A DNA stretch of 64,000 bases from contig JBOZIK010000001.1 in assembly GCA_051453625.1 (NCBI GenBank), positions 18,518,089 through 18,582,088 of the forward strand, written 5' to 3'. A model generated the notes under the pieces. That model searched no databases. It worked only from the letters and a program-made list of their open reading frames with translations, and had not been told where the DNA came from. Each line of letters starts with the position of its first letter. The stretch's first letter is position 1. This document shows positions 28,701-39,802 of the stretch, piece by piece. Position numbers and translations under genes: made by a program. Source of the DNA: Welwitschia mirabilis (lineage: Eukaryota).

Positions 28701-31700
28701 CTACAAAAGAATATAACCTCTAATAGACAACAACAATATGAATACTATAGAACTTAGAAAAATAAAAATTAAGAAAATGACATGGATGAAAAAAGTTGGA
28801 AAAGAAAGAAGGAAAAATTCTTAATCAATCTCAACCAAATCCAAGGAAGACCACAAGTAAATATATGTCTACTAGATTAAGGAAACATATGCCAATAGAT
28901 TTGAGCCTTAAAAAAAGAAAGAACCTAATTAACTTACTGATAAAAGAGAAAACTAATGTAAAAAAAGAGACACTGGTATATAAGCAATTAAAAAATCTAT
29001 TATTTCCAATGAAAAATAAATAAATTGAACATCCTAAGGTTGAGAAAGATTTATAATACTTAATTAAAGCACTAGAATATACAAAAATTTCATTACCTCT
29101 TTAAAATGTTAAAAGATATTTCTATCTATTGGGATAAATGAAGAGTATGTGCTCAAAACAAAGGATTAAAAAGATTATAACGATTTAAAAGTATTAAATT
29201 TCTTGAAACTCTACACAAGTTATTCATAATAACAAACATGAAAAATATGATGACCTAGTGTAACACCCTAATGTTTCTTATCCTAATTAAGCACTTTTCG
29301 TTTTCATCCTTCTTTAATATTATTAACTAATAGGCATAATAGAACCTAGGATTAAATTTTATTTTTTTTTAATTAGCTTTTTTTTAATTTTAGAAAAAAC
29401 ATACTACATTGTTATTACATATTTACCTAGAAGTAATTTCTAGATTATTTTGATTTACAAATAATAGCGATGTCATAAGTTTGTATACGATATTTCTTCT
29501 TAGATTTTTATCTTGAATATGGTTAAGGAGATGTAAGCTTATTATAAAACATATATATCTAAGTTTAAGGATAGTACCTAACCAATACAAGGGGAGGTTG
29601 TAATATACATTAATATCCATTAATGGCATTTCCACTTGATATCTGGCCACCCTTTAGATGTGAACTAGTTCTATTTTAGGTTTCAAACTATATAAACATG
29701 GTTGGCTTAAATTCAATGGGCTTACACTTCATCTTAATATATCCCCAAGACAGGTGATAGAAGGTACATGAGATGGATGTCTATTTACAAGTAATCCCTT
29801 CTTCCTTGAAACATCATTGGATGATGTAGAATAATCCTTTAATGATAAGGGATAAGGATATTTAGTTGAAGTAAGTTTATACATAGGTAGGGTGGAAGAG
29901 TGGTGATCAAATCCACCTCCAGAAGGGTATTATTAAAAAAAAATGCGATGCAACTCACCTTAGTGATGAAATCCAAATATGAGGATTATTATTATTAGGA
30001 TTATCTTGATTTAGCCTCGTTTGATAAATCTACCACATAAATGTAGGCACACAATTCTATGTAATGTGGATATTTAATGGATTATTTACCTAGTTATAAT
30101 AATTCTACTCATCATTGGGTTTATTTTATAAGAACAATTATACAAAAAGGAAAAGACAAATAAACTAGAACATCTTTATGTTTAGAATTATAATAATGAA
30201 AATATAAATAAAATAAATGATTTTTTTTCAAATTTATAATAATAATAACAAACTTCAGATGTATCAAATCATATCTTAAGTATATAGTTAAAAGAAACTA
30301 ATATATACTTGGAGCTATGTCAATCTTGGAAGCATTCTTCCATGCTCATATGAAAATCTACCATGGTTATGTGTAATAAAGATAATCAAAGGAAGTATAT
30401 TTAAAAGATGGTTATTTAAAACATAATTCTTTAGCTAAGACTCATAAAAGAAAATAAATGATGAATCAAGAACTATTTAAGTTACTTAAATTGCTAAGGT
30501 AGAAACCTTTACAAGCATGCATATTAAAAGTAAGTGAAAACAAAGGTAAAAGAGGTAAATATTATGCATAAATAATATAACTTAAAGTTACTAATAATAA
30601 CTTATCTTATATACTTGAATTACGTATATAATTTTGTTTAATATTTTTTAAAGTATTAATTATAAAGTTTTTAAGGCTTTCAAATACATCGTAATCAAAA
30701 TTAATAATTAATTAATTATGAAGGAAAAAGTAAATTATAATAGTTTTTCATAAACTAGACGCATAATAGGATCCTCAAAAATTAAGTTAAACTCTTTTAG
30801 ATATCTAAGAGTATTATTTCTAAGGTTATAATTTAAGGTTAAAATCTATTAAATTTGCTAAAATTATAGTCCTATCACCCTATACTAAAATGATTTAACT
30901 TTCAAAGTACTTTGAATTTTTAAGTGATCTAATACGTTTTGAAAATTGTATTTAATTCTCTACTACCTGGGATGCTTAATATTTAAAATAACATAACTGT
31001 TAGTTACAGAAATTGAAATTAATTTCTTGCTATTTTTCGCCTTTATTTTCTAACTCATTTTTACAAATAATCTTCTTAAAAATTATTAGACATTAGGAAA
31101 ATTACTGTTTTTAAATTTTTATTAACATAACATAAATCTAAAATTATACAAAAATTTCACTAATTTATACCTACTAGTGAATGAGCTACTGTGTTCTTAA
31201 CTTATGCCTCTATTTTGAAAATTTAACTTTTACTATGTAAACATGATAAATATTTTGCAACTTTTTATGCAATAATTAGAGTCAACTAAATAATGAATAT
31301 AATAATTAAAATGAATAGTAAAAATATATCTTAACTAAATATTAATAATGAAAATAAATGTATAAAACAAAACCAATGTACAAAAAGCATTTACAATGAG
31401 ACTTATGATAGCCATGAAGAAGTACTAGCCTAAAAGAGATTTTAAGGATTAGAATTTTGCCCCTAATAAGGTTGATCTAATTCATAATTGTTAAAACATA
31501 TGTTGTAAACATGGATATCCAAATTTTTATGGTAAACACTTTATTCACTTGGGCATACTTATCCATTAGTAACCTTAATTACCAAACATAAAACATCCCT
31601 CATTTCTCCCCAACATATTGGTAAAAGCCAATTAAAGGGAATAATTTTTATAATGTAATGTCATAATAATCATAAACAATGGCCTAATATAATATTTCAT

Positions 31701-33245
31701 CACTCTACTAGAATCTTAAGAGAGGTCATCATATAGACAACATAAATAAAGAATCTTACTTGAAAAGATTAATGATTACTTAATAGATAAAGATTGATAA
31801 AGTTTAAAGCTCAAAACTCCTTAGCTCTGAGATTGCAAGCTTATAGCACCAAGTTCCTAAGCTCTAAGATTCAAAGCCTTAAGTTAGCAAGCTCCAAACT
31901 CCATAGGCAAGAGAATGAAAAGTGTGAAATAAGGAAATGCACTCCCATGAAAAATAGGAAATATCCTTGTTTGTAAGAAAGGGTCTCTACTTAAAGATGA
32001 ACAATAGATAAAAGGCATATAGTTTAAGATCATAGGATTACATAATTTATTATTAATAAGTGGGATGAGTAATAAGTCAGATTAAAGTATGAAAAAGGAC
32101 ATTATATTTATAACTCATGTGCCTAACTAGGATGAGTAATTTTCTTGCTTTAATTAGCAAGGTTAATTACATGCATTATTTCTTTATTCTAGCTCTTTCT
32201 TAATCCTTCATAGGCTCATAAGCATGTTTAATCACTTCAAGACATTTATTAAAAGAATAAATGCACAAATTTTAAAGTTATCATGTGACATAATGATATA
32301 AGACTTTTTAAATCAAATGAATAAAATAATTAATGTATCATAAATATCAATTCAAGACATGCATTGAAATAATACGTGTACAAATTTAGAAGTTATCATG
32401 TAACATAATAAGATAAGCCTCTTTAAATTCAATGAATAAAACAATCAATATGTTATGGATAAAGTGCCATTACACATCTTAAGAATATAAAGATAATGAT
32501 TGAGTAAATCTACTCATTTATCCTTCTTGGATCTAGGTAAGTGTTCATGTACTTGTTTACATGTTCATTTATTTCATGATACATAGAATCCATCATTCAT
32601 ACAACACAAAGAAGAAGATGTCTGTTCATAATTAAGCATAATATAGCTATCACATTTACGAATAAATTCACATGAGTAAATAAGATATCATTTAATATTT
32701 TTGTAAGACATATTATTATACCCTCTTGAATTTTTTAATTTAGTAGTTTTACCTTTTATCTTAAAGTCCTTACATAATGGGATTATTTATTTTTAATATA
32801 TGAATTTCTATTATCATAAAAATGTTCATAATATAATTATTATTATTTTTATGTTGAATTATGAAAAATTAAGAAAACTATGATTAATTACTTAAAATAC
32901 CATCTTATTTCAATAAGGCCTTTAAAAAGGGATAATTAGAAGGAGAATTCATAATCTAATTAAAAGATTGGTTGATTTACAAAGTTTTTCAATGTTGAAT
33001 AGGGTTTCTTCTGGAAACCACTTGGGGGAGAAGACTTTGGTGGAGCTCTGAAGATCGCAGATTTGGAGAAGGAGGGTGCAGGTTTTCAAGATCGCAATTC
33101 GGTGGGGGTGGTTCCGGTTCCTGATCACAGTGCAGGGGGCATTTTCGGCCACAAGATAGGCAGTAGTCAGGTAAGTTTCGGGAGTCTTTTTGTCTTGTAG
33201 TTTTGATCAGTTTTTTAGGATTTTCTATTGGGGTTTGGCCCTAAG

Positions 33246-34335
33246 ATGGAGAAGACTCAGTTCTCCAGGGAGGGAAAATCTCTCGTATTAGACATAGATG
33301 GAGATGCATGTAGTGAAATCAAGAAAAAACTTAAGTTTAGCCTCATTGGCAAGTTTGTATCTTCCAACCCTTGATCTCAATTAGATTAGGTCCATGATTG
33401 GGTCACAATGAAATGGACATGGATTAGCAAAGTCACTGTTATAGCAATGCTAGAAGATCTGGTTTTATTTCAGCTAGATAATGAATAAGATCAAGATGAA
33501 ATCATAGCAATAGGACTGTGATTTTTTGGAGTTAGAGGCCTAGCCCTAACCAAATGGACACCGGGGTTGCAATCGGACCCATAACTATTCAAGAAACTTT
33601 TGATCTAGATCCACATCCATAAGTTTCACTCGAAGTTTTGGGATGAAGATCTGTTACAAAGAATGGTCGGTCAGTTTAAAGATCTAATCAAGCTGAATGG
33701 CATCATGATTAAACAAACTAGATTAGTGTTAGTCATATTCTATGTGTGGATGAGTTTTGAAGATACCAATGAAATTTAATTCATAAAGTTTAGATTCAAA
33801 TGGGAAACCTATGACCTAGAAGTTACATATGAGAATCTTTTGATCCCGTGCTCATTTTGTGGGAAATCAAGATACCTCTCAGGAAGATGTACTTCTCTTG
33901 AGAAGGAATGCTCACACTATGGAAGATTGGATTACTTATGAGAAGAATGTCAAAAGAGATTAATAAACATTGAAGGAAAGAAAAAGGAAACTTACACCTT
34001 TTGTGAAAAGACTGGGCATAATTAGAGTGCATGCAGACACAATCAGCAGAAGGAATAAACCAGAAAAGGCACCACTATTTTTTCAAAGAAAAGCAAGAGA
34101 AAGAAAGATTCAAAATAGGAAAACCCATTTCAACTGCTCATGGATGAGAATGACACCCAACTAAACCTTCAATATGATGAATCTAATGAAGTGGAAAATC
34201 AGACAAAGGGAAGGCATAGCAACAGAACCTTACGAAAGTGAGAGACAACAAAGAATGTTGCAAATAGTTTCCAAGATACAATTGAAAACATATTAAAAAA
34301 GGACAAGAACCCAAAAAAGGGTGAAAAAACCCTCA
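33246..34335 (+). pseudogene. LINE ORF1 (DUF4283/RRM-like domain plus two CCHC zinc knuckles), disrupted
   Basis: MEKTQFSREGKSLVLDID...FSLIGKF...GL*FFGVRGLALTKWTPG...I*IHIHKFHSKFWDEDLL, then VTYENLLIPCSFCGKSRYLSGRC and TFCEKTGHN*SAC. Confidence 0.88.
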
Positions 34336-37300
34336 ATGAATTGTCTCTCATGGAACTGTAGGGGATTAGGATCCTCCTACAAAAACAAGACCCTACAAAA
34401 TATGATTAGTCAATATAATATCGATTTTTTCTGCCTTCAAGAGATGAAGATAAAATAAGATATGGAAAACATAAAGATGGAGAGGCACTGAATCTCTTTT
34501 AGCATACTAGCCCAGGATAAATCTGGTGGTCTTTTGATTTCTACTAAAAAAGATGCAGATCTAATTTGCAGTAGTCAAAATCACATTATAATTTTTCTTA
34601 AAAATGAAGGATGGACTATTACAAATATATACAGTCCCCAAAACAATTATACAAGGTTGTGAATTTAGAAGAATCCCAGAAGAATTTATTAGAAAAATCC
34701 AAATGGATCATTTTAGGTAACTTTAATCAATGCCTCCATCACTGGGAAAAATCTGGTGGGGATAATTGAAACTCTAAAGTGGCCTCTATCCTCAAAGATT
34801 TCTTGGTAAGATATTCTTTCATATATATACCCATCACTGGTTGCNNNNNNNNNNNNNNNNNNNNNNNNNNNNNNNNNNNNNNNNNNNNNNNNNNNNNNNN
34901 NNNNNNNNNNNNNNNNNNNNNNNNNNNNNNNNNNNNNNNNNNNNNNNNNNNNNNNNNNNNNNNNNNNNNNNNNNNNNNNNNNNNNNNNNNNNNNNNNNNN
35001 NNNNNNNNNNNNNNNNNNNNNNNNNNNNNNNNNNNNNNNNNNNNNNNNNNNNNNNNNNNNNNNNNNNNNNNNNNNNNNNNNNNNNNNNNNNNNNNNNNNN
35101 NNNNNNNNNNNNNNNNNNNNNNNNNNCCTTCAAGAGATGAAGCTAAACTAAGATATGGAAAACCTGAATATGGGAAGGCACTGGACCTCTTTTAGCGTAT
35201 TAGACCAGGGTAAATTTGGTTGTCTTTTGGTTTCTACTAAAAAGGATGCAGATCTAATTTGCAGCAGTCAGAATCACATTACAATTTTCCTTAAGAAGGA
35301 AGGATGGACCATTATAAATATATACAGTCCCCAATACAACCTAGACAAGGCTGTGTNNNNNNNNNNNNNNNNNNNNNNNNNNNNNNNNNNNNNNNNNNNN
35401 NNNNNNNNNNNNNNNNNNNNNNNNNNNNNNNNNNNNNNNNNNNNNNNNNNNNNNNNNNNNNNNNNNNNNNNNNNNNNNNNNNNNNNNNNNNNNNNNNNNN
35501 NNNNNNNNNNNNNNNNNNNNNNNNNNNNNNNNNNNNNNNNNNNNNNNNNNNNNNNNNNNNNNNNNNNNNNNNNNNNNNNNNNNNNNNNNNNNNNNNNNNN
35601 NNNNNNNNNNNNNNNNNNNNNNNNNNNNNNNNNNNNNNNNNNNNNNNNNNNNNNNNNNNNNNNNNNNNNNNNNNNNNNNNNNNNNNNNNNNNNNNNNNNN
35701 NNNNNNNNNNNNNNNNNNNNNNNNNNNNNNNNNNNNNNNNNNNNNNNNNNNNNNNNNNNNNNNNNNNNNNNNNNNNNNNNNNNNNNNNNNNNNNNNNNNN
35801 NNNNNNNNNNNNNNNNNNNNNNNNNNNNNNNNNNNNNNNNNNNNNNNNNNNNNNNNNNNNNNNNNNNNNNNNNNNNNNNNNNNNNNNNNNNNNNNNNNNN
35901 NNNNNNNNNNNNNNNNNNNNNNNNNNNNNNNNNNNNNNNNNNNNNNNNNNNNNNNNNNNNNNNNNNNNNNNNNNNNNNNNNNNNNNNNNNNNNNNNNNNN
36001 NNNNNNNNNNNNNNNNNNNNNNNNNNNNNNNNNNNNNNNNNNNNNNNNNNNNNNNNNNNNNNNNNNNNNNNNNNNNNNNNNNNNNNNNNNNNNNNNNNNN
36101 NNNNNNNNNNNNNNNNNNNNNNNNNNNNNNNNNNNNNNNNNNNNNNNNNNNNNNNNNNNNNNNNNNNNNNNNNNNNNNNNNNNNNNNNNNNNNNNNNNNN
36201 NNNNNNNNNNNNNNNNNNNNNNNNNNNNNNNNNNNNNNNNNNNNNNNNNNNNNNNNNNNNNNNNNNNNNNNNNNNNNNNNNNNNNNNNNNNNNNNNNNNN
36301 NNNNNNGAAATTAAGGAGGACCTCAAATTCATTAAAACTGAACAGGAGAAGGGAGGTAATCAGGACAGCCTTAGAAACAGAGAATACCAGTGCCTAATGG
36401 AGCTCCAAGAAATACATGAGGATAAAGAAAATTATTGGAGAGAACGATCAAGGATCAAATGGCTTAAAGAAAGTGATAGACATACTAGGTTTTTCTTCCA
36501 GCAAACTAACTAATATAAATCAGATAACAGAATTAAGAGGCTTACAGTAGGAGGACGAGTCATAAAAAAAGAAGAAGAAATAGCAAAGGAACTGCAAACA
36601 CATTTGCAGAAAGTCTGGGAATGGGATAATATCGGCCCCGGCTTAATTCTAGAGAACAAGAAGGTTTTAGAGGAGGATAACCAAATGCTAAGTAAACCCT
36701 TAAGTAGAGAGGAGGTCCTAGCTGTAGTCAGATCGATGAAGAATAACCAAGCGCCTGGGCCAGATAGATGACTAGTCGAGCTCTTCAAAACTTATTTTTC
36801 TATCCTAGGGAATAACCTCCATAATATAATGCAGGAAATTTTCTATAAATGATGGATTCCTAGAGAGATAAATCGAACCAGAGTAGTTCTCATTCTGAAA
36901 AAAAGAGATGTCAGTAGACTAGAGGACTTTAGACCCTTAGGGGTTTGCAATGTTATTTACAGAATCTTCACAAAAATTATGGTTAGCCGAATCATCCCCT
37001 TGCTCCCCAATGTGATTTCAGAGAACCAAGCTAGCTTCATTCGTTCCAGGTATATTCAAGACCAGATCGTTTTAACTCATGAAATTATTCACTCTATTAA
37101 AAAGCACAAATTTTCACTTCTTATTAATAAACTAGATATTGCAAAAGCTTATGACTTAGTTAGTTGGTAAGATATAGGGTGCATTCTTAGAAAAATTGGC
37201 TTTTCTCAAGATATTATTAACCTATGGCTAGACACGCAAGCTTCAGCTGAATTTAGTGTGGAGGTCAGCAGTCACAGATCAAACTTCTTCTTAGTAGGGA

Positions 37301-38573
37301 GAGGCTTGAGAAAAGGGGATCCTCTATCCCCATGCCTCTTCTTATTTGTTATGAATGTTTTATAGGTTTTCTTAAAAAACAACGGAGTTACAGGAATTAA
37401 TATTGGAGGTCAAATTTTTCTCAATAATCACTATGTAGACGATACTATTTTCATGACCAAGGTGACCATTCAACAAGCAAAAGATCTAAAAAATGCCATG
37501 AATACATTTGCAAAGGCAATAGGGATTCACACCAATTATAACAAATCAAGAATACATACCTTGGGTAGACCATGTACCAGAGGGGGTGAAATCACTTGCA
37601 TTATGAATCCAAAGTTAGGAGACCTGCAGGACATCTACCTGGGCATTCCTTTATGGAATTGACATAGGATAAATACTTGAAACTACATTCTGGAATCTAT
37701 ACAAAGAAGGTGTAGCTCTTAGCACAATAATTTTCTGTCTTCAAAGGCTAATATCATTCTTACAAATTCCTGTCTAATTTCATTATTTTAGTATATAGCT
37801 TTTGTTATCGCCCCCCAAAGAATATCATTCAAAAAATTGACAGGATCTTAAAAGATATTATATGGTCGGGGGAAAAAGACCACCACAGGATACATCTATG
37901 TAAATGGGAAATCATAGCCCATCCTAAAGAATCAGAAGGATGGGGAATACAGAAACTTGAAGATTGTATCCTCACAGGAGCTCAAAATATTTTAAAGAGA
38001 TTACAAGAGGGAGGACAACCTTGGAGTGACTTAATGAATGACAAGTACAGAAACTGGATAATTAAACATGAAGTGTCTTATCTTTGGAAGCACCTCTGCA
38101 AAGCTAACCAACAACTTTTTGATTTAAACATCACTTAGAATAAAACATCCAAATAGATCTTGATCAATAAATATGACAAATAGGAAGGCTATAAGAAGCA
38201 TTAGAGTGGCCNNNNNNNNNNNNNNNNNNNNNNNNNNNNNNNGCTGAAAGAGCACAACTGAATTTTGACAAGAGATCAATTATCAAAAAGGGGAATTCAA
38301 GTTGATATCAAATGCCTCATATGTCAGTCCACTATAGAAATAATTCAGCATCTCTTTCATCAATGTGCCTAGAGCAAGAAGTTAATGGCATTAATGACTA
38401 AGTACTATCAAAGTAGCAGTGCCTCTAACATGCATTCAGTCGACAGGATTTGCCTGACTGTGTGGTAGATATGGCAAATCAGAAATCGTTTAATTTTCAA
38501 TAACGTCCCCCTTCCCTTCCCTATTTATACAGCTAGAAAGATAATCCACAATTACTCTCAAATTAAACTTGCC
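34336..38573 (+). pseudogene. LINE ORF2 (APE endonuclease, reverse transcriptase, zf-RVT), disrupted and gapped
   Basis: MNCLSWNCRGLG (34336), FCLQE, GNFN, YWRERSRIKWLKESDRHTRFF, QAPGPDR, DFRPLGVCNVIYRIFTKI, KLDIAKAYD, GLRKGDPLSP, YVDDT, YLGIPL, KCLICQSTIEIIQHLFHQC and W*IWQIRNRLIFN. Confidence 0.95.
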
Positions 38574-39802
38574 ATGGAAGCCACTCTAACATATGAGCCT
38601 ACTGACTTAAGCCTCTCTGAAGTATGCCCAGAGCTGTGGGAGAAAATATAGGTAGTGGGGTGGGAAACCCTTCTGCATAAACTAAGAGGGGATATGGGGG
38701 CCGATATCGCCCTGTTTTACAGGCGATGGAGAGGAGAAGAACAAGTTTTAGAAGAATCTTGATAGAAATTTCAGAAGAATCTTTTGTCAGATTGTTGGAG
38801 GTTCCAGCGGAAGGCGAGAGGATCCTATTCGGAAGCAAAGGCCAATAAGAAGCCCTTAATTTCTTTCTAGGTGGAATCCTAAAGCTGCCCAATGGGATAG
38901 CAATAGGAAGGCGTTACCGCCTCTGTGGGGACTCAGGGTAGAACTAGTGGACAGATATTTCATTAAATCTGGTAATTGTTCTAAGCTTTCTGGAATTCAT
39001 TTTGTGTTTCTTAAGGCTCTTGAATTAGGACGTCAAGTGAAACTTCCCTACTTCTTCATTTAAGTCCTCAAGCGAAAGGATTCCTCTAGGCACTCAAGCC
39101 TAATTCTTACTCTTTGGAGAGCAGCTCAAGAAGCTCGGGCCAGAGAGACCCCTCCCCATCCTTCCCCTCACCGTCCTCGCCAAACCACTCCTACAAGAAA
39201 TTCTTTCTGAAGTTCCTCCTCAGCTCAAAACCCTATCCCAGAAGAAACAGAATCTCCTTTCAGCCCTAGTAGTAGGGGGCATCTTTGTCCCCAGCTCACT
39301 TAATAGGTCCGTCTTCACCCCTGGCCCAACAGAATTCTCTCAAGGAGAATCCTCCCTCTCAAGCTTAGTCTCCACATCTTTCTTCCCTAGCTTCAAGCCC
39401 TTCCTCACCAGCTAACCCTGCTCAGGAATCCCAACACTCCTCCCCCTCTAGCTTCAGACCCTAGTATCCCCCAAAGCTCTACCTTTGACTCCTTTTCTTT
39501 GGAACCTCAACCCCAAACTCAGGATATTGACATAAATATAGCTAGGAGAGAGGTTTTTCTGCCAACTTTGCATGGACTGAAAAGATTCCCATATGTCACC
39601 TCTCTCTCATCAAGCTCTTCCCTAGGCAATAAAATCGACTTACAGGAAGAAAGCTCTATGCCTTCATCCAGATAAGAACCTGGCTAGTGCTAAAGAATTC
39701 AAGGAAATCAATAAAGATTTTGAGGTGCTCTTAGATGACTTAGGCAGATTCTTACTTAAGCATAACCATCATAACATGTTCCCTTATTACAAAGGTCTGT
39801 AG
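38574..39802 (+). pseudogene. LINE extra coding region (ORF2 extension or ORF3): transposon accessory-like domain, Pro/Ser-rich linker, C-terminal J-domain; disrupted
   Basis: ATG in GCCATGG context, in frame with ORF2. Translation across frameshifts: MEATLTYEPTDLSLSEVCPELWEKI*VVGWETLLHKLRG...IEISEESFVRLLEVPAEGERILF...LPPLWGLRVELVDRYFIKSG...HFVFLKALELGRQVKLPYFFI...RHSSLILTLW; then a P/S-rich stretch; then the J-domain; stop TAG at 39800-39802. Confidence 0.75.
39586..39760 (+). pseudogene. DnaJ/Hsp40-type J-domain coding segment (HPD motif at 39665-39673)
   Basis: FPYVT/[frameshift]LSHQALP*AIKSTYRKKALCLHPDKNLASAKEFKEINKDFEVLLDDLGRF matches the J-domain consensus PY.vLgl...as..eIKkAYRklAl..HPDKN....a.e.FkeI..AYevLsD...R. 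Confidence 0.88.

Noticed and set aside
38599-38892. 97-aa minus-strand ORF in the LINE 3' region
   Set aside because: Antisense shadow of the GC-richer plus-strand coding region; no recognisable motif.
39586-39802. Independent host DnaJ gene or exon
   Set aside because: It lies within the LINE TSDs, is co-oriented and continuous with upstream LINE coding sequence, and has no evident separate promoter or exon structure. An ancestral host origin remains possible.
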